Notes under the pieces: generated by a model
Seen by the model: only the letters and a program-made list of their open reading frames with translations
Database searches by the model: none
What the model was told of the DNA's origin: nothing
From: Acutalibacteraceae bacterium
Lineage (GTDB): Bacteria > Bacillota > Clostridia > Oscillospirales > Acutalibacteraceae
NCBI GenBank assembly: GCA_045537135.1
Contig: JAZSOW010000016.1
Span: forward strand, 5,454 to 69,453
Direction: 5' to 3'
Length of the DNA: 64,000 bases
In this document: positions 17,224-26,550 of the stretch, piece after piece
Layout of the letters: each line of letters begins with the position of its first letter
Numbering within the stretch: position 1 is the first letter of the stretch
Position numbers and translations under genes: made by a program

Positions 17224-18057
17224 ATGGTTATTAATAAAGGAATCTACCCCGAGGGGAAAAAGAAATGCCTCATCTTCAGCTATGACGATGACCTTGCAGA
17301 TAATATGGAAGTAGCCGCCCTACTACGGCAATACGGCATGCGCGGCACCATCAACCTCAACGGCAGCGGACTCCTGGAAGACGGTACCCCGCAACCGGAA
17401 GGGAAAGCAAAGCTGTATAAAAGCCAAGTGAAAGAGCTTGCCCGGGACTTTGAGATCGCCTGCCACGGCTTCGTGCATCCCCCCTATGGGTATATGGATC
17501 CCGCCCAGTGCGTGGACGATCTCATCCGTGATCGCCGGACACTGGAGGATATCCTTAAAAAACCGGTGCGGGGCTTCGCCCTGCCCAGCGGCGTATACAG
17601 TAAGGAGACCATCGACGCATTGCGCGTTGCCGGCATCGTGTACAGCCGCACCATCGACTGTACCGACGGTTTTGAACTGCCCCAAAACTTCTTGGAATGG
17701 CATCCCACCACCAAGCACGACAACTTTGACCGTCTGTTCGCGCTGGGAGAAGCCTACCTTAAGGGTAGCTGGCGACTAAACACCTTCCTGAGCTGTATGC
17801 TGATCTACGGCCACTCCTACGAGCTGGCGGCCCCGGAAAAGCGGCGGCGGTTTGAGGAGTTTCTGCAAATGATGGCCGGCCGGGAGGACATCTGGTACAC
17901 AAGCTGTATGGAGCTGTGCAACTACCTCAAGGCGCTGGGGAGCCTCATTATGACGGTGGACGGCTCCTGCGTCATCAACCCGACGCTGACCGACTTATGG
18001 GTCACGGTGGACGGCAAGCCGAAATGTGTCGAGGCGGGAGAAACCAAGTATTTCTAA
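17224..18057 (+). CDS. Polysaccharide deacetylase (CE4 / NodB-homology) family protein
   Basis: It has a NodB-like Asp motif (FSYDDD) and a His motif (ACHGFVH). It has no signal peptide and is co-oriented with, and abuts, uxaC. Confidence 0.6.
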   Translation: MVINKGIYPEGKKKCLIFSYDDDLADNMEVAALLRQYGMRGTINLNGSGLLEDGTPQPEGKAKLYKSQVKELARDFEIACHGFVHPPYGYMDPAQCVDDLIRDRRTLEDILKKPVRGFALPSGVYSKETIDALRVAGIVYSRTIDCTDGFELPQNFLEWHPTTKHDNFDRLFALGEAYLKGSWRLNTFLSCMLIYGHSYELAAPEKRRRFEEFLQMMAGREDIWYTSCMELCNYLKALGSLIMTVDGSCVINPTLTDLWVTVDGKPKCVEAGETKYF

Positions 18058-18063
18058 GTATGC

Positions 18064-18105
18064 GAAGGCGACGGAACGGCTGTTCCGTCGCCTTTTTGCT
18101 TTTTA
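18064..18105 (+). terminator. Intrinsic terminator
   Basis: Hairpin ggcgacggaac/gttccgtcgcc with loop ggct, followed by tttttgcttttt. Confidence 0.65.
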
Positions 18106-18132
18106 ACAAACTTTGAATTTTCCAAGGATTTC

Positions 18133-18161
18133 TTGACTTAGCATTTATAAGTCCTTATAAT
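18133..18161 (+). promoter_or_regulatory. Sigma-A type promoter for the ABC exporter operon
   Basis: TTGACT (18133-18138), a 17-nt spacer, then TATAAT (18156-18161). Confidence 0.55.
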
Positions 18162-18194
18162 AGTAACGCTGTTATTTCGGAAAGGACGCGACAT

Positions 18195-19937
18195 ATGATC
18201 AAACAATTGTTAAAGTGTGTGCGGGAATATAAAAAGCACACCTTATGGACGCTACTCATCATGGTGCTGGAGGTGATTATCGAGTGCCTCATTCCCTTTA
18301 TCACCGCCGATCTGATCAACAAGATCAAGGCCGGCACCGACATGAGCGTGGTGGTACACACCGGTCTCCTGCTCATCGGCATGGCTCTGCTCTCCTTGTG
18401 CTGCGGCGGTGGGGCCGGCTTTGTTAGCGCCCGGGCGGCGGCAGGCTTTGCCAAAAACCTGCGGGGAGACATCTTCCACAAGGTGCAAACCTACGCCTTT
18501 CAAAACATCGATAAGTTCTCCTCCTCCTCCCTGGTCACCCGCATGACCACCGACGTGACCAATGTGCAGATGGCCTTCCTTATGACCATCCGCACCGCCT
18601 CCCGCGCCCCGCTGATGCTGATTTTTTCTATCATCATGGCGTACATCATGGGCGGTGGGCTGGCCGCCTGCTTCGTGGTGGTGGTACCGGTACTGGTCAC
18701 CGGCCTACTAATGGTGGCGCGGTTTGCCATGCCCGCCTTCCGGCGCGTCTTCAAAAAATATGACCGGCTCAACGAATCCATTGAGGAAAACGTCCGGGCA
18801 ATGCGGGTGGTAAAGGGCTTCTCACGCGAGCCGTTTGAAAAGGAGAAGTTTGACGCCGCCGCCGACAACATCCGAGCAGATTTCACCAAAGCGGAGCGCA
18901 TCGTGGCGTTCAACTCGCCGCTGATGCAATTGTGCGTATATTTCAATCTGGTGTTTGTGCTGTTGGTGGGCTCTAAAATGATCATCGAATCCGGCGGCAC
19001 GCAAATCGACGTAGGACAGATCTCCGCCATGCTCACCTACGGTATGCAGATCCTCATACAGCTGATGATGCTGTCCATGATCTATGTAATGCTCACCATG
19101 TCCTCTGAATCCATCAAGCGTATCGTCGAGGTGCTGGAGGAAACGCCCTCTCTGCAAAGCCCCGCCGATCCGGTTACCCATGTAAAGGACGGCTCCATCG
19201 ACTTCAATGGGGTCAGCTTTAAGTATGCCGCCGAAGCGGAGAAGTTTGCCCTGGCGAACATCGACCTGCACATCCGCTCCGGCATGACGGTGGGTATCCT
19301 GGGCGGTACCGGCTCCAGTAAATCCACCCTGGTACAGCTTATCCCCCGCCTGTATGATGTGACCGAAGGCTCCGTGCGCGTGGGCGGCGTTGACGTGCGC
19401 GACTACGACATTGAGGCCCTGCGCGAGGAAGTGGCCATGGTCCTGCAGAAAAACCTGCTGTTCTCCGGCACCATCAAGGAAAACCTGCGCTGGGGCAATG
19501 AAAACGCCACCGACGAGGAGCTGGTGGAGGCTTGCCGCCTGGCCCAGGCGGATGAATTTATCCGCGCCTTCCCCGACGGCTACGACACCTATATCGAGCA
19601 GGGCGGCACCAATGTGTCCGGCGGGCAAAAACAACGGCTTTGTATCGCCCGGGCTCTGCTCAAGAAACCCAAGATCCTCATTTTGGATGATTCCACCAGC
19701 GCAGTAGATACCAAGACGGATGCCCTCATCCGAGCGGGCTTTGCCACGTATATCCCCGAGACCACTAGGATCATCATCGCCCAGCGGGTGGCCTCCGTGC
19801 AGGTGGCTGACCTGATCCTGGTAATGGAGAACGGCACCATCTGCGCTGCCGGCACCCACGAAGAATTGCTGGCAAGCAGTGCCATCTACAAAGAAGTATA
19901 TGAACAGCAGACGAACGGAGGTGATGACCGTGAGTAA
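18195..19937 (+). CDS. ABC transporter ATP-binding/permease protein (type I exporter half-transporter, subunit 1)
   Basis: The N-terminal half is a six-helix TMD. The NBD has Walker A GGTGSSKST, signature VSGGQKQR and Walker B ILILDD. Confidence 0.85.
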   Translation: MIKQLLKCVREYKKHTLWTLLIMVLEVIIECLIPFITADLINKIKAGTDMSVVVHTGLLLIGMALLSLCCGGGAGFVSARAAAGFAKNLRGDIFHKVQTYAFQNIDKFSSSSLVTRMTTDVTNVQMAFLMTIRTASRAPLMLIFSIIMAYIMGGGLAACFVVVVPVLVTGLLMVARFAMPAFRRVFKKYDRLNESIEENVRAMRVVKGFSREPFEKEKFDAAADNIRADFTKAERIVAFNSPLMQLCVYFNLVFVLLVGSKMIIESGGTQIDVGQISAMLTYGMQILIQLMMLSMIYVMLTMSSESIKRIVEVLEETPSLQSPADPVTHVKDGSIDFNGVSFKYAAEAEKFALANIDLHIRSGMTVGILGGTGSSKSTLVQLIPRLYDVTEGSVRVGGVDVRDYDIEALREEVAMVLQKNLLFSGTIKENLRWGNENATDEELVEACRLAQADEFIRAFPDGYDTYIEQGGTNVSGGQKQRLCIARALLKKPKILILDDSTSAVDTKTDALIRAGFATYIPETTRIIIAQRVASVQVADLILVMENGTICAAGTHEELLASSAIYKEVYEQQTNGGDDRE

Positions 19938-21843
19938 GAAGCCTCCCATGTCCAAAAAAGCGGCCATCCCCATCCTGTGGCGAGTGTTGAAGCTGTTGTA
20001 CAAGGCCTACCCGGTGCTCATCCCGCTGACGGTGGCCTGCGTGGTCTTTTCCGCATTGGTCTCCTCCATCCCCTCCATCTTCACACAAAAGGTGCTGGCG
20101 GTGGTCACCAAGTGCCTGGAAACCGGCACCCTGTCCTGGGAGATCGCCAGGGTAGAAATCCTGCCACTCATCGGCATCCTCATCACCCTATACCTGCTGG
20201 CCATCGGCACCATCACCCTACAGACACAGCTTATGGCGTACATCACCCAAGGCTTCCTGCACAAGATGCGTTGCCGGATGTTCAGCGGGATGCAGAATCT
20301 GCCCATCAAGTACTTCGACACCCATAAGCACGGCGATATCATGAGCTACTACACCAACGATATCGACACCCTGCGGCAGTTGGTGTCCCAGGCCCTTCCC
20401 AGCCTGTTACAGTCCGGTATCATCGTGCTAACGGTGCTGTTTATCATGCTGTGGTACAGCGTATGGATGACCCTCATCGTGCTATTAGGTGTGGCGGCGA
20501 TGTTCGTGGCTACCAAGGTCATCGGCGGTGGCTCCGCCAAGTATTTCGTGCGGCAACAACGCTCCATCGGCAAGGCGGAGGGCTACATCCAGGAGATGAT
20601 GAATGGGCAGAAGGTCATCAAGGTGTTCTGTCGGGAAGAAGAAGTCAAGAAGGATTTTGACGCCATCAACGAAGAACTGTGCGAGGACAGCTACCGAGCC
20701 CATGCCTACGCCAACGCCCTGGGGCCCATCATCATGAACATCGGAAACGTTCTGTACGTCATCAGCGCCATGGTGGGCGGGCTGTTCCTGCTCACCTCCT
20801 TCCCTAACGTGAGCCTGTCGGGGCTTACGTTCTCCATCGATATGATCATCCCCTTCCTCAACATGACCAAGCAATTCACCGGCAATGTCAACCAGGTATC
20901 CCAGCAGGTCAACGCCATCGTCATGGCGATGGCGGGGGCCGAGCGCGTCTTTGCCTTGATGGACGAACAACCGGAGGCAGATGACGGCTACGTAACGCTG
21001 GTCAACGCCGCGGTGGCGGCTGACGGCACCATTACCGAAAGCACCACCCGCACCGGCCGGTGGGCGTGGAAGCATCCCCATGGAGACGGCACCATCACCT
21101 ACACCCTGTTACAGGGGGATGTGCGACTCACCGAGGTAGACTTTGCCTATGAGGAAGGCAAGCCGGTGCTTCACGACGTATCGGTGTACGCCGAGCCGGG
21201 ACAGAAGGTAGCCTTTGTGGGGGCTACCGGCGCCGGCAAAACAACCATCACTAATCTCATCAACCGCTTCTATGACATTGCGGATGGCAAGGTGCGGTAC
21301 GACGGCATCAACATCAACAAGATCAAAAAAGCCGACCTGCGCCGCTCCTTAGGCATCGTCCTGCAGGATACCAACCTGTTCACCGGCAGTGTAATGGATA
21401 ACATCCGCTACGGTAAGCTGGATGCCACCGACGAGGAATGCCGCCAGGCGGCCCGGCTGGTGGGCGCAGATGATTTCATCACCCGCCTGCCCCAGGGGTA
21501 CAACACCCTGCTGACCAACAACGGTGCCAACCTGTCCCAAGGCCAGCGGCAGCTCATCGCCATTGCTCGGGCGGCGGTGGCCGACCCGCCGGTGATGATC
21601 CTGGACGAAGCTACCTCCTCCATTGATACCCGCACCGAGGCCATCGTACAGCGGGGTATGGATAAGCTGATGGAGGGGCGCACGGTGTTCGTCATCGCCC
21701 ATCGGCTGTCCACGGTTATGAATTCCGACGTCATTATGGTGCTGGATCACGGCCGCATCATCGAGCGGGGTAACCACAACGATCTTATCGCCCAGAAGGG
21801 CACCTACTACCAGCTCTACACCGGTGCCTTCGAGCTGGAATAA
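19924..21843 (+). CDS. ABC transporter ATP-binding/permease protein (exporter half-transporter, subunit 2)
   Basis: A TMD plus NBD (GATGAGKTT, LSQGQRQL, VMILDEATS). The ATG at 19924 follows ggagg and overlaps the end of the upstream gene, which suggests a heterodimeric pair. Confidence 0.85.
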   Translation: MTVSKKPPMSKKAAIPILWRVLKLLYKAYPVLIPLTVACVVFSALVSSIPSIFTQKVLAVVTKCLETGTLSWEIARVEILPLIGILITLYLLAIGTITLQTQLMAYITQGFLHKMRCRMFSGMQNLPIKYFDTHKHGDIMSYYTNDIDTLRQLVSQALPSLLQSGIIVLTVLFIMLWYSVWMTLIVLLGVAAMFVATKVIGGGSAKYFVRQQRSIGKAEGYIQEMMNGQKVIKVFCREEEVKKDFDAINEELCEDSYRAHAYANALGPIIMNIGNVLYVISAMVGGLFLLTSFPNVSLSGLTFSIDMIIPFLNMTKQFTGNVNQVSQQVNAIVMAMAGAERVFALMDEQPEADDGYVTLVNAAVAADGTITESTTRTGRWAWKHPHGDGTITYTLLQGDVRLTEVDFAYEEGKPVLHDVSVYAEPGQKVAFVGATGAGKTTITNLINRFYDIADGKVRYDGININKIKKADLRRSLGIVLQDTNLFTGSVMDNIRYGKLDATDEECRQAARLVGADDFITRLPQGYNTLLTNNGANLSQGQRQLIAIARAAVADPPVMILDEATSSIDTRTEAIVQRGMDKLMEGRTVFVIAHRLSTVMNSDVIMVLDHGRIIERGNHNDLIAQKGTYYQLYTGAFELE

Positions 21844-21870
21844 TAAGAAGCACAGCGGTATGGAGGTGAT

Positions 21871-22014
21871 ATGATGGAGCTGCACACAGAGATCTGTTTT
21901 TTGAACAGGCACAACACAAAGAACAATCCATTCAAGCTCCATTCGCACACCTGTTATGAGATCGTTTATTTCATCGCCGGAAAGGGAATTGTAGATTTCG
22001 CAAATAACCTGTAA
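21871..22014 (+). pseudogene. Truncated AraC-family regulator (N-terminal cupin fragment, 47 codons)
   Basis: A good RBS (ggaggtgat) is followed by MMELHTEICFLNRHNTKNNPFKLHSHTCYEIVYFIAGKG, which is an AraC cupin start. The reading frame then runs into AT-rich DNA and stops. It is below the ORF-track size cut-off. Confidence 0.6.
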
Positions 22015-22109
22015 ATTTCAAATGTTAAATGCAAATATAAATCTCCTTGTTTTACAGATACTAACCGTACAAATTTGTAAGGCAACGGAATGCAAGGTGG
22101 AGAGATATT

Positions 22110-22586
22110 ATGAAAATGTTTGCCGTTTCAGAAATAAAAACCGATAAACTTGTGAGTGGAAGTCCCCAATATCCTATGTGGACAAGCAAAGAACCCGATA
22201 TTTATGTTTCTGAGATAGAATATAACGACGATGAATACAACAAAATACGTGCCGAGGCTGATCGTTGGAGAATTGACCTTAACTCATACCAGGACGATGA
22301 CCACGGATATGAACAACAAAGTTCTCATAGCAACTCGCGCAATAGACCAATTAAAGATGAAGAAATACTCGTAAAAGACGGCTCTTTTTTTGGAATTATT
22401 ACGCTTGTAGATCGGTCTTTTTATTCGAAGTCTCCTACTTTTCACAAAGGATATGAATATGTTTCGATAAATACAGCCCACATGAAACACGGCCTTTGGA
22501 AATATCATTATGGACACTCATCGGATAATGGTTCATCCTCCGATGATGAGGTATATTATCTTCACCCCTTATTTGAAGAGAAATAG
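22110..22586 (+). CDS. Hypothetical protein (158 aa, acidic, no recognisable domain)
   Basis: An AT-rich ORF with RBS aaggtggagag, followed by a 17-bp-stem hairpin at about 22629-22682. Confidence 0.5.
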   Translation: MKMFAVSEIKTDKLVSGSPQYPMWTSKEPDIYVSEIEYNDDEYNKIRAEADRWRIDLNSYQDDDHGYEQQSSHSNSRNRPIKDEEILVKDGSFFGIITLVDRSFYSKSPTFHKGYEYVSINTAHMKHGLWKYHYGHSSDNGSSSDDEVYYLHPLFEEK

Positions 22587-22688
22587 ATAGTAATTAGCAT
22601 TTTCTATAAAATTTATTTCAAACAATATAAAACTCCAATGCTTACAGATACCAGAAGTGTTATCAAGTAAGCATTGGAGTTTTTATAT

Positions 22689-22727
22689 ATGAAAGCAACA
22701 GGGATTGTGAGACGCAACGAGGAATGA
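22689..22727 (+). pseudogene. AbrB/SpoVT-family 5' fragment (MKATGIVRR then stop)
   Basis: The first 9 codons match the AbrB N-terminus (MKSTGIVRKVDELGRV in B. subtilis, from memory). The frame stops after 12 codons. Confidence 0.55.
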
Positions 22728-22772
22728 GGTATAATAACACCAAATATCTACATAGCAAAAGCGAGGTGAATT

Positions 22773-23543
22773 TCACCTCGCTTTTAAATTCCTCAAATAC
22801 TGTGTAGGCGTGATTTTTAAATGATCTTTGAAGCAACGGTTAAAGTTTCGCAGTGACGAAAATCCACTAGTATAGGCACATTGTAAAATCGTTTGCTCGG
22901 TATTTTCCATAAGATAGCAGGCATGGCTCAAGCGATAGTTGGTTACGTAAGAATTAAATGAAATACCAACGATCTTTTTAAAGTGGCGTGATAGATAGGA
23001 GTAATCGTACCCTAATTTTTTCGAAAGACTTAATAAAGAACAATCGTTACAAAAATTTTCTTCTACAAAAGCAAAGATCTTATATAGTAGTTTATCGTGA
23101 TCGGTTTTCTTTGCGGTATATTCGGATTGCTTATCGAACTGTCCGCACAAAGAATACAAAACCCCTTTTTTATCAGTAGAAGACGAGGCGGGGCTAAGAT
23201 TTTCAAGCGCATCAATCAAATATCTATCCGGGCAGAACTTGTTGCTTTTTGGAATTTTGTCCGTTAGCTTTGTGATATATGCCTGTACAAGTCTGGGCGA
23301 AAAAATACACAAGACGTGCTTACTGTCTGTAGACTCCAACTCATGTATTTGGTTGGGGAAGATAAGCAGAGCTTCATTTTTCTCTAAAACAAACACCTGA
23401 CCGTCTACGGCTATTTTCATTTGTCCCGAAAGAACAATGATGATTTCAAAGCATTGATGCAGATGGGGTGGAAAACTGAAGTTTTCGTTTTTCTCAATTT
23501 TTAAATAATCCGGTGAGCCCAAATGATTGTATTGATAAAACAT
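22773..23543 (-). CDS. AraC-family transcriptional regulator (probable xylose-cassette regulator)
   Basis: Cupin N-terminus (HLHQCFEIIIVLSG) and AraC HTH C-terminus (SGFSSLRNFNRCFKDHLKITPTQY). The ATG at 23543 is preceded by ggagga. It is divergent from xylB. Confidence 0.8.
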   Translation of the reverse strand: MFYQYNHLGSPDYLKIEKNENFSFPPHLHQCFEIIIVLSGQMKIAVDGQVFVLEKNEALLIFPNQIHELESTDSKHVLCIFSPRLVQAYITKLTDKIPKSNKFCPDRYLIDALENLSPASSSTDKKGVLYSLCGQFDKQSEYTAKKTDHDKLLYKIFAFVEENFCNDCSLLSLSKKLGYDYSYLSRHFKKIVGISFNSYVTNYRLSHACYLMENTEQTILQCAYTSGFSSLRNFNRCFKDHLKITPTQYLRNLKAR

Positions 23544-23645
23544 AGTTCCTCCAAAAGTCAAATATTGTCTATATATTATAGATTATATTGCGAGAAAAGT
23601 CAAATTATTTGCGATATGCTAATAAAAAAGCAAAGGAGGAAAAGC

Positions 23646-25124
23646 GTGGAGTATTATATCGGTACCGACCTTGGGACGTCGGCTTTAAAATTATTATTGG
23701 TTGATTGCTGCGGCAAAATTGTCAAAGCTGCAACAAGGTCATATCCTGTTTGGTATCCAAATCCCGGTTGGAGTGAGCAAAATCCCGAAGACTGGTGGAA
23801 TGCCTTCTTGTCGGGTGTAAAGGAATTAATAAACGAAATAGATGCATCACAAATTAAAGGCATAGGTGTTGGGGGCCAGATGCACGGACTGGTTGTCCTT
23901 GATGAAAATGATAGTGTAATACGCCCCGCGATCCTCTGGAATGACGGAAGAACAGATAAGGAAACGGCATATCTGAATGAAGTCATTAGTAAGGAAGTGT
24001 TATCAGAGCTTACTGCAAATATCGCGTTTGCCGGATTTACTGCGCCAAAAATTCTTTGGGCAAAGAATAACGAGCCTGATAATTTTGCAAAAATCAGTAA
24101 AATAATGCTTCCGAAAGATTTCATAAACTACAAGCTTACAGGTGTACACAGCACCGATTATTCGGATGCGTCGGGCATGCTTTTGTTGGATGTTAAAAAC
24201 AAATGCTGGTCCAAAGAAATGCTGAATATTTGCTCGGTTTCGGAACAACAAATGCCAAATCTGTTCGAAAGCTATGAAACAGTTGGTACACTTCTTCCCG
24301 AAATCGCAAAGGAATTGGGCTTGCCCGCTGCAGTGAAAGTAGTGGCAGGTGCGGGCGACAATGCCGCCGCAGCAATCGGTACGGGAACGGTGAAAAACGG
24401 CAAATGCAATATTTCTTTGGGAACTTCCGGTACGGTATTTATTTCTTCCGACACCTTTGCGGTGGATGAACAAAATGCATTGCATTCTTTCTGCCACGCC
24501 AACGGCAAGCATCACCTTATGGCATGCATTCTTTCTGCGGCATCTTGCAACAAATGGTTTTGTGAAGACATTTTAAGAATCAATGATTATGCTAAAGAAC
24601 AAGCAGAAATCACAGAAAATAAACTCGGAAATAACGATGTGTATTTCTTGCCTTATCTTATGGGAGAACGCAGTCCCATCAACGATACCGATGCAAGAGG
24701 AATGTTTGTTGGTCTTCGCATGGATACCACCCGTGCAGATATGGTGCAAGCCGTGCTGGAAGGCGTTGCTTTTGCTATTCGGGATAACGTGGAAATTGCA
24801 AGGCAACAAGGCATTCACATTACTACCAGCACGCTTTGCGGCGGAGGCGCCAAATCTCACCTTTGGCAAACCATATTATGTAATGCTTTGAACGTAGAGA
24901 TCGTCATTCCCCAAACCGAGCAAGGACCGGGTTATGGTGCGGCAATGCTTGCAATGGTTGCGGCAGGTCGGTGGGAATCCGTTGCTGCCTGTGCGGAAAA
25001 TCTTGTGAAAATCAAAAGCACCGTTTCACCGCAAAGCGATCTGGTAGCTCGTTATGAAGAAAGGTATAAAAGATTTAAAGAAATTTATCCCGCAGTAAAA
25101 GAACTTTATAAAAAATTGAAATGA
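23646..25124 (+). CDS. xylB: Xylulokinase (FGGY family)
   Basis: The N-terminus is YYIGTDLGTSALKLLLVD, and the FGGY blocks GGQMHGLV and GGGAKS are present. The GTG start at 23646 follows aaaggagga. Confidence 0.85.
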   Translation: MEYYIGTDLGTSALKLLLVDCCGKIVKAATRSYPVWYPNPGWSEQNPEDWWNAFLSGVKELINEIDASQIKGIGVGGQMHGLVVLDENDSVIRPAILWNDGRTDKETAYLNEVISKEVLSELTANIAFAGFTAPKILWAKNNEPDNFAKISKIMLPKDFINYKLTGVHSTDYSDASGMLLLDVKNKCWSKEMLNICSVSEQQMPNLFESYETVGTLLPEIAKELGLPAAVKVVAGAGDNAAAAIGTGTVKNGKCNISLGTSGTVFISSDTFAVDEQNALHSFCHANGKHHLMACILSAASCNKWFCEDILRINDYAKEQAEITENKLGNNDVYFLPYLMGERSPINDTDARGMFVGLRMDTTRADMVQAVLEGVAFAIRDNVEIARQQGIHITTSTLCGGGAKSHLWQTILCNALNVEIVIPQTEQGPGYGAAMLAMVAAGRWESVAACAENLVKIKSTVSPQSDLVARYEERYKRFKEIYPAVKELYKKLK

Positions 25125-25135
25125 GGTAACTAACG

Positions 25136-26452
25136 ATGAGCGAAATATTTAAAAGCATCCCCAAAATTCAATATGAAGGAAAAAACAGCACCAATCCCTT
25201 GGCTTTTAAATTTTATGATGCCAACCGAATTATAATGGGAAAGCCCATGCGTGAGCATTTGCCCTTTGCTATGGCTTGGTGGCACAATTTATGTGCCGCA
25301 GGTACCGATATGTTCGGCAGAGATACCGCCGATAAATCCTTTGGCGCCGAAAAAGGCACCCTGGCACATGCAAAGGCAAAGGTAGATGCGGGTTTTGAAT
25401 TTATGCAAAAACTCGGCATTGAATATTTCTGTTTTCACGATGCTGACCTTGTTCCCGAGGCAGACGATATCAAGGAAACCAACAGACGCCTTGATGAAAT
25501 TACCGATTATATTCTTGAAAAAATGAATGCGACGGGTATCAAATGTCTTTGGGGAACCGCTAATATGTTCTCAAATCCGCGCTTTATGAACGGTGCCGGC
25601 AGTACAAATTCGGCAGACGTTTTCTGCTTTGCGGCGGCGCAGGTCAAAAAGGCGCTGGATCTTACGGTCAAACTCGGTGGCAAGGGTTATGTTTTCTGGG
25701 GCGGTAGAGAGGGCTACGAAACGCTGCTCAATACGGATATGAGATTTGAGCAGGAAAACGTCGCCCGTCTTATGCGTATGGCGGTTGATTATGGTCGTTC
25801 TATCGGATTTAAGGGTGATTTTTATATTGAACCCAAACCAAAGGAGCCTATGAAGCATCAGTATGATTTTGATGCCGCAACGGCCATAGGCTTTTTGCGT
25901 CAATACGGTCTTGATAAAGATTTTAAAATGAATATCGAAGCCAACCACGCCACCCTTGCAGGCCACACGTTCCAGCACGATCTGCGCGTATCTGCCATTA
26001 ACGGTATGCTTGGCTCAATTGACGCAAATCAAGGCGACTTGCTTCTTGGTTGGGATACCGACGAGTTCCCGTCCAATGTATATGATGCAACCATGTGTAT
26101 GTATGAGGTCTTAAAGGCAGGCGGACTTACAGGTGGATTTAATTTTGACTCAAAAACACGACGTCCAAGTTATACTGCCGAAGATATGTTTCACGCATTC
26201 ATACTTGGTATGGATACCTTTGCATTGGGACTTATTAAGGCGGCAGAAATAATTGAGGACGGAAGAATTGATTCCTTTATTGATGAACGATATTCTTCCT
26301 TTAAAGTGGGCATCGGTCAAAAGATAGCCCAAGGAAAAACTTCCCTTTCAGAGCTTGCAAAGATTGCCGAGGAGATGGGTGCGCCCGCACTACCTTCAAG
26401 CGGCAGACAAGAATATCTGCAAAGCGTCATTAACGAAATTATGTTTAGATAA
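25136..26452 (+). CDS. xylA: Xylose isomerase
   Basis: 438 aa with class II XylA blocks (FCFHD, WGGREGY, FLIEPKP-like [23 protein letters not shown]). Confidence 0.92.
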   Translation: MSEIFKSIPKIQYEGKNSTNPLAFKFYDANRIIMGKPMREHLPFAMAWWHNLCAAGTDMFGRDTADKSFGAEKGTLAHAKAKVDAGFEFMQKLGIEYFCFHDADLVPEADDIKETNRRLDEITDYILEKMNATGIKCLWGTANMFSNPRFMNGAGSTNSADVFCFAAAQVKKALDLTVKLGGKGYVFWGGREGYETLLNTDMRFEQENVARLMRMAVDYGRSIGFKGDFYIEPKPKEPMKHQYDFDAATAIGFLRQYGLDKDFKMNIEANHATLAGHTFQHDLRVSAINGMLGSIDANQGDLLLGWDTDEFPSNVYDATMCMYEVLKAGGLTGGFNFDSKTRRPSYTAEDMFHAFILGMDTFALGLIKAAEIIEDGRIDSFIDERYSSFKVGIGQKIAQGKTSLSELAKIAEEMGAPALPSSGRQEYLQSVINEIMFR

Positions 26453-26550
26453 ACAAAAACGATTGTTGTTGATAAATTCTGAAATTCTGATTGATTATAA
26501 CCGAAATAGTGATATGATTATCAAAAAACAACTTGGATTGGAGTAAGCAA

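Noticed and set aside
16136-21948. Several long minus-strand ORFs (16136-17080, 18822-20003, 20485-21081, 21349-21948) opposite uxaC and the ABC exporter genes.
   Set aside because: All are antisense to genes with unmistakable family signatures, and all show Gly/His/Val/Ala-rich shadow composition.
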